Source: Elusimicrobiota bacterium (GTDB lineage: Bacteria > Elusimicrobiota > Elusimicrobia > UBA1565 > JACRDR01). From it: a stretch of DNA of 64,000 bases. Positions within the stretch are counted from its first letter, which is position 1. The number at the start of each line of letters is the position of its first letter. The position numbers and the translations under genes are program-made. Where the stretch lies: contig JBGFSC010000007.1 of assembly GCA_041694815.1 (NCBI GenBank), positions 64,138-128,137 of the forward strand. Reading direction: 5' to 3'. This document shows positions 7,282-16,602 of the stretch, piece by piece. A model generated the notes under the pieces. The model had not been told where the DNA came from and ran no database searches. It was given only the letters and a program-made list of their open reading frames with translations.

Positions 7282-10200
7282 TTAGAAGGCGTGCACGGCC
7301 GCGGTGGCGCGCACCGACGCGTCGGGGTCGCCCCGCAGCCTCGAAACCTCTTCCTTGAAATTCTTGAAGCGCGGGCGGATCGGCTCCTGGGCGGCCGCCC
7401 CCATGGCGGCGATCGCCGTGCGCCGGACGAAGGGGTCCGGGTCGGAAAGCCCGCGCGCGGCCAGGTCGTAGACGGCGCCCTCGTAGGACTGCGCGGCCGC
7501 CAGAGCGGCCAAGGAGCGCGTGCGCGGCTCCGGCGACTCCCCGGCGCGGCGTATCGCCGACTCGGCGGCGAGCCCCATTTTCCCCAATGCCAGCGCGGCG
7601 GCCTCGCGCAGCACGGCCTTAGGATGCTCCAGTCCCAGGGCCACGCGGGAGGCGTCCCGCGCGTCGCCGATCTTTCCCAAAGCGAGCAGGGCCGACTCCT
7701 CGATGTCCGGCTCCGGGTCCCGGATGAGCTCGTGCAGCAGGGCTCTAGCCTCCTCGATCAAGCCCTCGGATTCCTTGATCTCGGCGGCAATGGCCGTGCA
7801 GGCCTGCGGCTTGCCGTTGAGTATCTTGCCCAATTCGAGAAAGGCGTCCGGAGTGGCCGGGTCGAAGGGATTGGCGATGCGGTTCATGATAGCCCGACGA
7901 TCGTCGGCGTTGGGGACCCCCGCCACCGAGAGCGCCCCATAGAGGTCGGCCAGGTACTTGCGGCCAAAGCGCCGGAAGGCGTCCTCGCGCCAAGGCTTGC
8001 CGCAAGCGGCTAAAAGCTGCTTAAGGAAGCTCAGGCGGCCCGGCTCCTCCCCGCCCGCGCGATCAAATAGCGCGCCCAACAGGGCGGCGGCCGCGCGCCG
8101 CACCCTGGGCTCGGGATCCTTGCGGGCTAGGGTTGCGATCTTGAGCCCTTCGCGCGCCGGGGCATAGGCGAATTGACCGGTCACCAACGCCCGGCGCAAT
8201 CCCGCCGAGCCCTCCCATTGGCGGTAGAGCGCCGCGCTCGAATCGTAGGCGGCCAGCAGTATGCGCCACCAGATGAACTCGTCGAAGCCCTCGGGCGAAA
8301 GAAGGCTCGCGAGCTCGAAAACCCCGGGCTCGCCCAGGCCCAGGAGCCTGAGCACGGCCTGGCGAGGTATATGCCCGTCGAGATCGCCCCCCGAGGCCAA
8401 GGCGAGCCAGCCGCGGACCTTGTCTCCTCCCGCCTCGGCCTCGGCGAGCTTGCGCCAGGACTTCATGCGCTCGCGCAGCGCGGCCTCCTCGCGTTCCGCG
8501 TCCAAGGAGCGCCAGGAAGGCGCCGGGAAGCTTGCTCCGGCGTCGGCGGACCAGCCCCCGTCGGAGACGAGAGCTCCCCAGGGAGTGCTTTGGAATACGG
8601 GAGCGCTCGAGAATTCGGCCGAATGGCCCAGGCGATTGTCGCGCCCCTGTATCTCCGCCAAACCCCAGCTCGGCTCTCCCCGCTTCATCACGCCCGAGGC
8701 GAACTCGGGCAGGATCAGCAGATTGCCGTCGCCGCGGATGCGGGTGAGCGCGACGCCGTTTACATCCCCGCGCCCAGAGCTCCATTGGGCGTAAAAGGTG
8801 TTCCCGGAACCCAACGCGTCGAGAACGCCCACTCCGTTATCCCATCCATAGGCCGGACCCACGCCCCAGTTCAAGACCGCATTGCCATCCCCCTCTAGCC
8901 GAAGAGCCCCCACGGCCGTGTGCACCCCCGCGCCCTGCGCGTAGCGCCGGGCCTGCAACCGGTTTCCATTGCCAACAATCCATAAGGCGCCCAGGCCATG
9001 CCAGTACCCGCTGCCCTGCGCGAAATAGCCGCTCGAAAGCCGCGCGCCTTCGCCTTCGACCCTCGCCAAGCCGAAACCTCCGGCGGCGAAGGCGCGCGGC
9101 CCGCGTCCCGTCCCCTGACAAAAGCCGATCGAAGCCGCCGACTCGTGCGGGTCTGGATACTCGAGCCCGCAGTCGAGCCGAGCGCCGCCCCCGCGGTGAT
9201 GGAAGATGCCCGCGCCGCGGCTGGAGCCGTGCCCTTGGGCCGCGTAGCTGGCGCTGAAAGTCGAGCGGCTCGCCTCGGCGTCCAAGACCCCGGCCCCGAA
9301 GGCCCCGGCCCCCTGCGAGAAATCGCCGCTGGAAAACTCCAGGCGCTCGCCGCGCGCCAGCGCGCCTCCCGCCCCGAAGAGGCCGGCGCCGAGGGAGAAC
9401 GGCCCCGCGGCGAGCCGCTTTTCTCCCTCGGGGTTCGGCAGGTAGAGCAGCCCGATGCCGAACAGTCCCGAGGCCGCAGAGGCGCTGCTTTCGACGACGA
9501 CATCCGAGCCGAAATCGAGAATCACGCGCACTTCGCCGGGCCCCGCGGCGGCGGCCGGGCCCGCATGGCGATTTTTCCCCCCGAGATCGACGATCAACGC
9601 GGCTTTCCGTAAATCCTCGGCCTCGTAGGCGTCGTCTCCGGCGCCGCGGACGAGCACGTCCCCGGCCGGGCTCTGCCAACGCAGGCGCAGTCCCGCGGGG
9701 GCCTTCGCCTTCCGGAAAACCTCGAAATGTTTTTCGATGCTCCTAGAGAGCACCTGCGCCGCCAACACCGCGGAGGCCGGGTCCCAGCGCTCGGCCAAGG
9801 CGAACGCCTCGGGCGCGGGGCGCTCGAAGCCTGCATGCATCAGCGAAGCGCGGAAGGACTGCTCCAGGCGCAGCCGATCGGGCGCTGGCAGGTTCTCCAG
9901 CGCGCGCGACAGCACGGCGCCGGCCTGCGCGACGGCCGAAAGAATCTCCGCCATCGGCCCGCGCAATCCGAGCGGCAATTCCTTAGGCAGCGAGCCGGGG
10001 GGTATGGAGCCTCCGGGCTCCAAGGTCTGCTTTCCCGCGCCGATCAAGGAGCCGGCCAGCTCCAGCTGGGAAGAAAGGCTCCGCGCCGCGGCGAGCGAAG
10101 ATCCCCAGGACTCGATCGAGCCCGGAACCGACAAGGGGTCCTCCATCGCATTCTCGATCTCGGGCATTGTCCAGCGCGTGGGCCAGCGGCCCGGATGGGT

Positions 10201-10305
10201 GCTCAAATCCTCGCGCGAGGCCCGTAACGCGGCGGCGGCCTTCTCCAGCGGTGACTCCTCGGCCCGCAGCGGCGATAAGATCAGCATCAACCAGATGATA
10301 TTCAT
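7282..10305 (-). CDS. Large secreted protein with Gly-rich QG-G..G-G-L repeats and C-terminal HEAT repeats
   Basis: Repeats SQGAGAFGAGVL, AQGSGYWHGLGAL and AQGAGVHTAVGAL; HEAT motifs DPEPRVRRAAA and DPDPFVRRTAI. Confidence 0.75.
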   Translation of the reverse strand: MNIIWLMLILSPLRAEESPLEKAAAALRASREDLSTHPGRWPTRWTMPEIENAMEDPLSVPGSIESWGSSLAAARSLSSQLELAGSLIGAGKQTLEPGGSIPPGSLPKELPLGLRGPMAEILSAVAQAGAVLSRALENLPAPDRLRLEQSFRASLMHAGFERPAPEAFALAERWDPASAVLAAQVLSRSIEKHFEVFRKAKAPAGLRLRWQSPAGDVLVRGAGDDAYEAEDLRKAALIVDLGGKNRHAGPAAAAGPGEVRVILDFGSDVVVESSASAASGLFGIGLLYLPNPEGEKRLAAGPFSLGAGLFGAGGALARGERLEFSSGDFSQGAGAFGAGVLDAEASRSTFSASYAAQGHGSSRGAGIFHHRGGGARLDCGLEYPDPHESAASIGFCQGTGRGPRAFAAGGFGLARVEGEGARLSSGYFAQGSGYWHGLGALWIVGNGNRLQARRYAQGAGVHTAVGALRLEGDGNAVLNWGVGPAYGWDNGVGVLDALGSGNTFYAQWSSGRGDVNGVALTRIRGDGNLLILPEFASGVMKRGEPSWGLAEIQGRDNRLGHSAEFSSAPVFQSTPWGALVSDGGWSADAGASFPAPSWRSLDAEREEAALRERMKSWRKLAEAEAGGDKVRGWLALASGGDLDGHIPRQAVLRLLGLGEPGVFELASLLSPEGFDEFIWWRILLAAYDSSAALYRQWEGSAGLRRALVTGQFAYAPAREGLKIATLARKDPEPRVRRAAAALLGALFDRAGGEEPGRLSFLKQLLAACGKPWREDAFRRFGRKYLADLYGALSVAGVPNADDRRAIMNRIANPFDPATPDAFLELGKILNGKPQACTAIAAEIKESEGLIEEARALLHELIRDPEPDIEESALLALGKIGDARDASRVALGLEHPKAVLREAAALALGKMGLAAESAIRRAGESPEPRTRSLAALAAAQSYEGAVYDLAARGLSDPDPFVRRTAIAAMGAAAQEPIRPRFKNFKEEVSRLRGDPDASVRATAAVHAF

Positions 10306-10383
10306 AAGTAGCGGCGGGCCCTGTCGGGCACTCCGTGATCACGGCATTGTAGCACCCTGAGAACTATCCTAAAATCCCCCCGC

Positions 10384-11127
10384 ATGCTCGTCGACGAATT
10401 GCTTAAGGAATGGAAGGCCAACGGCAGGCGTTGGCAGGAAGCCTCCCGGCATTGGACTATGCCGCATATCGAGGCCTTCCACCCGGCGGTCTACGCCGCC
10501 GACCTCTACGAGCAGTTCCTCAGGCGCTTCCCACCGGAGCGCGGCGCGATACTTGCCACGAGCCTCAATCCCGGCCCCTTCGGCATGGCGCAGACGGGAA
10601 TCCCCTTTACCGACTGCCGCACGGCCAGAAGCGAGCTCGGCCTTCCCGTCGACATTCCCGGACGCGCTCCCCCGCGCCTGGTCCGCCTTCTCAAGAAAGA
10701 GTCGGGCGCCTGGCGCAGTAGCTACGAGCGCTCCTGCATCGGCGTCTACCGCTTCCTGCGCCTGGCCTGGCCGGACCTTCGCTCGGCCGCGCGCAACTGG
10801 ATCGTGCTCAATACCTGCCCCGCCCTTTTCTTGCGCTCGGATATCTGGAAAAACATCACGCCGGCCGACGCGGCCCTGCGAAACCTGCCGGGGCTGCAGG
10901 ATTTGCGACGCCAGGCGATCAAGCGATTCGCGCGCGTGCTGCGGCCGCGGGCCGTCGTGTGCATCGGCAAGGACGTCGAAAAGATCGTCGGCCCCGTCGC
11001 CGAGGCCGAGCTGGGGCGCGGCCGCGTGCTCTACTACCCGCACCCGGCGCGCGCGGTCCCGGAGCTCTGGGCCCGCGGGCTTCATGAGGAACTCAGGCGC
11101 CGCGGCCTGCTACAAGCTAGGCCTTAG
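10384..11127 (+). CDS. SMUG1-type (family 3) uracil-DNA glycosylase
   Basis: LNPGPFGMAQTGIPF motif, N-CP strand and C-terminal HP motif (YPHPAR). Confidence 0.85.
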   Translation: MLVDELLKEWKANGRRWQEASRHWTMPHIEAFHPAVYAADLYEQFLRRFPPERGAILATSLNPGPFGMAQTGIPFTDCRTARSELGLPVDIPGRAPPRLVRLLKKESGAWRSSYERSCIGVYRFLRLAWPDLRSAARNWIVLNTCPALFLRSDIWKNITPADAALRNLPGLQDLRRQAIKRFARVLRPRAVVCIGKDVEKIVGPVAEAELGRGRVLYYPHPARAVPELWARGLHEELRRRGLLQARP

Positions 11128-11234
11128 GGCTTATTTTTCGAGTTCCCTTTTCGCCCAGGCGCTAAAGCACCAACTGAAACTACAATTAGGAAGGAGATCG
11201 GGTCCTGCCGGGCACGGGACTCGAAGGGGTTTTC

Positions 11235-11858
11235 ATGAAAAAAATCATTTTAGCCGCGTTGTCCGCCTCTTTCCTGGCGCCGGCGTTCGCGCGCGCGAGC
11301 TGCAGCATCTCGGTAAGCGTCCATACGAACATCGACAGGTTGAGTCTCGATCAGCAGGTCGGAGCCGAACGGCTCGACTGCCGCAGAAGCCCCGGCCGCG
11401 GCTTCCAGGTGCACGTCATCCGCCGGGTCAAGACCTCGGCCTCGGCCTCCGCCTCGACGCGGGCGAGCGCCAGCGGCAGCGCCTCGGGCAGCACCTGGGG
11501 TTCCTGCACGGCCTCCTGCTCCAACGGCGGCAGCGGCAGCTGCAGCGCGTACGGCAGCTACCACGACTACTGTTCCGATTCCGGCTCCGCCAGCGACGGC
11601 GCCTCGGCCCAGGAGGAGAGCGTGTTCACCGTCGCCTGGGCCGAGGCGGCCGCCATCGAGGCCAAGGGATACGCCGTCTCCGGCGAGGGCGAGAAATGCG
11701 AGCTTCAAGACAAGGATGGCGCCGCGCTCGACGCGCTTAAGGCCATCGCGCTGGTCACCTGGGTCTACGGCGAGGCCTTGATGACGGAAAACGGCGCGGA
11801 TTTAAAGATCTACGACAAGCTCTCCAAGAAACCCTCGAAGAAGGACGCCTCCAAATGA
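11235..11858 (+). CDS. Secreted Ser/Ala/Gly-rich, Cys-containing hypothetical protein
   Basis: Signal peptide MKKIILAALS; ATGA overlap with the next gene. Confidence 0.7.
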   Translation: MKKIILAALSASFLAPAFARASCSISVSVHTNIDRLSLDQQVGAERLDCRRSPGRGFQVHVIRRVKTSASASASTRASASGSASGSTWGSCTASCSNGGSGSCSAYGSYHDYCSDSGSASDGASAQEESVFTVAWAEAAAIEAKGYAVSGEGEKCELQDKDGAALDALKAIALVTWVYGEALMTENGADLKIYDKLSKKPSKKDASK

Positions 11859-12979
11859 GACCTTTTCTACTGGCCCTCTGCCTCGTTTCTCCCGCCGCCG
11901 CCCAGTTCGAGGAGGCCGAGTCGGCCTTCGAGTCCCTGCGTCGGATGAGCCTCTCCGATCTCAAGGACGCCGCCGCCGGCATGCCCGCGCCGATAGCCAG
12001 GCCCGTCTCCCGACGGGCTCAGGATGGACTGCGTGTCAGCGACGCTACGGTGGCCGAGAGCGAGCGCTCCCAATGCCCGCGGAAATCGGAGGCCTTAAGC
12101 GGTTCGCCCGACACCGACCTGTTCACCTACATCGGCTTCCGCTGGGTGCGCTCCGACGAGTCGACCTGCTCGGCCTCGCCCTCGGACAAGGTTCTCTACA
12201 TCGAGGAGCAGCGCGACCGCCTCGTCTTCTCGGCGCCGCCCGATCTCGAGGATCCCTCCAAGGCCCGGGCGGAGTACGACTACGCCCTGACAGCTCCCGA
12301 ATACAAGATCCGCCGCAATTATTATTTCCGCACGGAGCTCGACGGGACCCGGCGCTTCTACCATCACGACGCGAGGCTCTATACCGGCCGCAAGATCCCG
12401 GAGACGGTGCAAGTGGCCTTCCCGAACCGCGCCGCCTTCCCGCTGTTGCCCTGGGAGGAGCCGGAATCCTTCACGCTGCGCTACGGCCGGCTGGAGGGGG
12501 CCCTTTTGGCGCCGGAGCGCAAGGTCTATGACTACCTCCCGCGCGCGACGAACGGGACGAACGCCGCTGGCGATCGCATGACTCGGATCGAGTTGACGGC
12601 CCAGCGGAAGATGGCACTGACCGGGCCGGACCCGGCAGGGGTACGCCTAAGCCTGGAGACGGAGGGAAGCGACCTCATGCTGCGGCTCGAGGATCGCTGG
12701 GCAGCCTATTACGCGGGAGAGAAGATACAGCTTAAGATCAAGCTAATGAAGAGCGTCTTCTGGTTCGTCAACAAGACCGCCTACGAGTTCGACGTCGCCT
12801 TGGACGTCGATCGCGAGATCCGCATCATCCCGACATCCTCCCTCTGGGACGCCTTCCGCAAGGACGGCATCTCCCGGGGCCATGAATACCAGGCCGAGTG
12901 GAGCTTCCGGCGGGCCGACAGCAAGATCTCCGGCGGGGACTGGGTCCCGAAGGGCAAGACCAACAAGCTTAAACTTTAG
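11855..12979 (+). CDS. Secreted hypothetical protein
   Basis: Signal peptide ending AAA-Q; 374-aa ORF with normal codon usage. Confidence 0.75.
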   Translation: MRPFLLALCLVSPAAAQFEEAESAFESLRRMSLSDLKDAAAGMPAPIARPVSRRAQDGLRVSDATVAESERSQCPRKSEALSGSPDTDLFTYIGFRWVRSDESTCSASPSDKVLYIEEQRDRLVFSAPPDLEDPSKARAEYDYALTAPEYKIRRNYYFRTELDGTRRFYHHDARLYTGRKIPETVQVAFPNRAAFPLLPWEEPESFTLRYGRLEGALLAPERKVYDYLPRATNGTNAAGDRMTRIELTAQRKMALTGPDPAGVRLSLETEGSDLMLRLEDRWAAYYAGEKIQLKIKLMKSVFWFVNKTAYEFDVALDVDREIRIIPTSSLWDAFRKDGISRGHEYQAEWSFRRADSKISGGDWVPKGKTNKLKL

Positions 12980-13976
12980 ACGGCTCGGCGGGGCAGCTGG
13001 GGTAGATGGCGTAGCCGCCATACAGCGGGTCGCCATAGCGCCCGCGCTCTCTATATCCGGGATTAAAAACCTTGACCCCACCGACTTTCCGGTAGATGAA
13101 TGGGCTCAATGCCAGGCGTTCGGCATGCCAGCGTCCCTCCCGACCCGAAGGAATTTCGATCCCCGGCCCGTAGAGCATAAGATCAGGGGCATCATCTCTG
13201 GGCGGCCTAGCTACGGGACAGACGCCCACTCCCTCGTGGGACACATTGATGAGCTTGTGGCCCATTTCATGGGCCAGGACCTTGGGCTGGCCAAAGCCCC
13301 CGGCTCGGGGGCTCAACGTAATGACGCCCTTGAAACGATCAGGCACCCGGTTCTCCAAAATATAGGGCGGAAACGATAGGCCCGAGGTCAAGGTCTCCTC
13401 GATTCTCCAGCGATCGGCCTCTTTCGGATCGCGCATGTGCATCGGAAAGCTCACTTCTCTTAAGCAAACGACTTGGAGGGACTCTCCCCTCTCGGTGATA
13501 CCCCTCAAAACTCCCTCGAAAACCTGGAGAGCCCGCTCGCTCAATGCGTACCGAATCATCTCTAGATAGGCGTAGAGATCCCTTTCGCTCAATTCCGGCT
13601 GACTCGTATCCCCGGTCATAACGGTCGCCGAAAGTCTCAACCAGTCCTCGGGCGCGCGTATTTTTCGAGCCCCGAGGAGGCGCACTTGCAACCCATGAGC
13701 TCCAAAGGCCTTTTTCGCGGCCAGGATCTGCGGACGCATCGCCTCCCAGGTAACGAAACTGCCGGAAACGATATGAACGGCGATATCGACGGTAGGAGCG
13801 CCGTCCTTTAAATCCCGATTGAATTCCTCGATGGGGTAGGTCTCGAGGATCTCCGTCCGATTGGAACAGTCCAGCGAATGAATCATCTCCGACGCCATCC
13901 TTCCGGCTTCCTCGAAGCCTTGTGAATACGCCAGCGTCGAAAACGCCGCGCCCATGAGGAAAAGAAGGTTTCGCAC
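12969..13976 (-). CDS. Secreted zinc metallopeptidase (metzincin-like)
   Basis: Signal peptide; HEMGHKLINVSH followed by a Met-turn-like DLMLYG. Confidence 0.7.
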   Translation of the reverse strand: MRNLLFLMGAAFSTLAYSQGFEEAGRMASEMIHSLDCSNRTEILETYPIEEFNRDLKDGAPTVDIAVHIVSGSFVTWEAMRPQILAAKKAFGAHGLQVRLLGARKIRAPEDWLRLSATVMTGDTSQPELSERDLYAYLEMIRYALSERALQVFEGVLRGITERGESLQVVCLREVSFPMHMRDPKEADRWRIEETLTSGLSFPPYILENRVPDRFKGVITLSPRAGGFGQPKVLAHEMGHKLINVSHEGVGVCPVARPPRDDAPDLMLYGPGIEIPSGREGRWHAERLALSPFIYRKVGGVKVFNPGYRERGRYGDPLYGGYAIYPSCPAEPSKV

Positions 13977-14028
13977 GGCTCGAGTATAACTTGTTGGTTG
14001 AGGAAAAATCTAGTAAAATTCGATCTTC

Positions 14029-16602
14029 ATGCCGTCGGCGGCCGAAGCAAGACTCGATACCCCCCTGATGCGGCAGTACCAGGCCTTGAAGGCCTCCTAC
14101 CCCCACGCGCTGCTGTTTTTTAGGCTCGGCGATTTCTACGAGATGTTCCATGACGACGCCAAGAACGCCAGCGCCGCCATCGGCCTGACGCTCACCGCCC
14201 GCCAGGGCGTGCCCATGTGCGGGGTGCCCGCGCATTCCTGCTCCGGCTACATCGCGCGTCTGCTGAAGGCCGGCTACAAGGTGGCCATCGCCGACCAGAT
14301 GGAGGAGGCCGGCAAGGGCCTGGTGCGCCGCGAGGTGACCCGGCTGATCACCCCCGGCACCGTCGTCGAGGACGAATTGCTGGAGGCCGCCGCGTCCAAT
14401 TACCTAGCCGCCCTCGAGTTCGACAGCGTCGGCTGGGGCCTGGCCTGCGTCGATGTCTCCACCGGCGAGTTCTGGGCCACCCAGGCGATCAACGACGCCG
14501 GGGCGCGGGCGCTGCTCGGGCTCTTGTCCAAGACCGGGCCGGCCGAGCTGCTCGTGGCCCCGCCGGCCGCCAAGGCCTTGGACCTTCGCTCCGCCTTAAG
14601 CGAGAAGACGGCCGTCACCCTCTACGAGCCGCCGAGCGGCCCCGCCCCCGACTGGCAGGAGGAGCCCCTCTGGCGCAACCGGCACCTGGCCCGCCGCGCC
14701 GCCGCCACGGCCCACGCCTACGTCCGGGACACCCAATCGCATCTGGCCTCGATGCTTACCCCTTCCTACCGGGAGGCTCAGGCCGAGATGCAGCTCGATG
14801 AGAACGCCATCCGCACCCTGGAGCTCGTCTCCTCGCCGCACGGGCGGCGCAACACGCTCTGGGGCACGCTCGACCGCTGCCGCACCCCGATGGGCAGCCG
14901 CTTATTGCGGCGCTGGGTCCTGCACCCCTCCACCGATATCCGCGAAATCGAGCGCCGGCAGAACTCCGTCGAGGAATTGATCGAAAAAAGCGCGGCCCGC
15001 GGGAACCTCGGCAACGTGCTCGCCGACGTCGCCGACATCGAACGCCTGGTCTCCCGCCTGGCCACCCGCTCGGGCGCGCCGCGCGATTTGGCCGCCCTGC
15101 GCGACTCGCTGGGTCAATGGCCCCGGCTACGCGCCTGGCTGGCCGACTCGGAGTTCTGTTCGGGGCTTAAGACCCTCGCCTCGGCCCTTCAGGAGGCTTC
15201 CCGGCCCGTCTTGCCCCTGCACGCGGAGCTCATGAGGGCCTTAAGCGACCGACCCCCGGCGCGGGCCTCCGACGGGGGGGTCATCCGCCCGGGCTACGAC
15301 GCCGAGCTCGATGAGATCCGCGCCATCAAGGCCGACAGCCAGAAATTCCTGGGCGCGCTCGAGGCGCGCGAGCGCGCCTCGACCGGGATCGGGTCGCTTA
15401 AGGTCGGCTACAACTCGGTGTTCGGCTACTACATCGAGGTGACCCGGCCTCATCTCTCCAAGGTTCCCCCCTCCTACACGCGCAAGCAGACCTTGGCCAA
15501 CGCCGAGCGCTTCATCACCGGCGAGCTCAAGGAGATGGAGTCCAAGATACTCGGCGCCGAGGAGCGCATGCTGCGCCTGGAGTCGAGGCTCTTCGAGGAG
15601 CTGCGCCTGCGGGTCGTATCGCGGCACGCCGCCCTCTCCGCCCTGGCCGGGCTGCTCGCCGAGCTCGACGCTCTCAACGCCTTGGCCGACATAGCCGCCG
15701 CCAACGATTACGTCAAGCCGCGCGTCGAGCTCTCGCATGTCCTGAGGATCGAGGACGGCCGCCACCCCGTGGTTGAAAACAGCGTGCCCGCCGGCTCCTT
15801 CGTGCCCAACTCGATAGCGCTCGATGGGGACGAGGCGCAGATACTCGTGCTCACCGGCCCCAACATGGGGGGCAAGAGCACCTTCCTGCGACAGAACGCC
15901 CTCATCGCCCTCATGGCTCAGATGGGCGGCTTCGTGCCGGCCAAGTCGGCCACGATCGGCATCGTCGACAAGATCCTCACGCGCATCGGCTCGCAGGACG
16001 CGCTACCCAAGGGCGAGTCGACCTTCATGGTCGAGATGAACGAGACCTCCCAGATACTCAAGTCCGCCACGCCGCGCAGCCTCGTGGTGCTCGACGAGGT
16101 GGGCCGTGGCACCTCGACCTTCGACGGCATCTCCATCGCCTGGGCCGTGCTCGAGCACCTGCAGGCAGCCTACCGGCCGCCGGAGCCGGCCCCGGGGTCC
16201 CCCCGCGGGCCGCGCACCCTGTTCGCCACCCACTACTTCGAGCTCACTCGCCTAGCCGAGCTGCTGCCGGGCGTGCGCAACGCCAACGTCCAGGCCCGCG
16301 AGTGGCTCAACGCCTCGGGGCACACCGACGTCGTCTTCCTGCACAAGATCGCCGACGGCCCGGCCGACCGCTCCTTCGGCATCCACGTGGCCAAGCTCGC
16401 GGGGCTGCCCGAGCCCTGCCTCCGTCGCGCCCGCGAGATACTCGCCGGGCTCGAGGGCCAATCGAAGGCCCCCGCCCAGGAGCCGCGGCTGCCCCTCTTC
16501 GAGGACCACGCGGTGCTGCAGGAGATGCGCCTCCTCGACTGCGACGAGATCACGCCGGTCGAGGCCCTGCGGAAGCTAGCGGAATGGAAAAAGAAGCTCT
16601 AG
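14029..16602 (+). CDS. mutS: DNA mismatch repair protein MutS
   Basis: TPLMRQY, GDFYEMF, TGPNMGGKST, DEVGRGT, FATHY. Confidence 0.98.
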   Translation: MPSAAEARLDTPLMRQYQALKASYPHALLFFRLGDFYEMFHDDAKNASAAIGLTLTARQGVPMCGVPAHSCSGYIARLLKAGYKVAIADQMEEAGKGLVRREVTRLITPGTVVEDELLEAAASNYLAALEFDSVGWGLACVDVSTGEFWATQAINDAGARALLGLLSKTGPAELLVAPPAAKALDLRSALSEKTAVTLYEPPSGPAPDWQEEPLWRNRHLARRAAATAHAYVRDTQSHLASMLTPSYREAQAEMQLDENAIRTLELVSSPHGRRNTLWGTLDRCRTPMGSRLLRRWVLHPSTDIREIERRQNSVEELIEKSAARGNLGNVLADVADIERLVSRLATRSGAPRDLAALRDSLGQWPRLRAWLADSEFCSGLKTLASALQEASRPVLPLHAELMRALSDRPPARASDGGVIRPGYDAELDEIRAIKADSQKFLGALEARERASTGIGSLKVGYNSVFGYYIEVTRPHLSKVPPSYTRKQTLANAERFITGELKEMESKILGAEERMLRLESRLFEELRLRVVSRHAALSALAGLLAELDALNALADIAAANDYVKPRVELSHVLRIEDGRHPVVENSVPAGSFVPNSIALDGDEAQILVLTGPNMGGKSTFLRQNALIALMAQMGGFVPAKSATIGIVDKILTRIGSQDALPKGESTFMVEMNETSQILKSATPRSLVVLDEVGRGTSTFDGISIAWAVLEHLQAAYRPPEPAPGSPRGPRTLFATHYFELTRLAELLPGVRNANVQAREWLNASGHTDVVFLHKIADGPADRSFGIHVAKLAGLPEPCLRRAREILAGLEGQSKAPAQEPRLPLFEDHAVLQEMRLLDCDEITPVEALRKLAEWKKKL

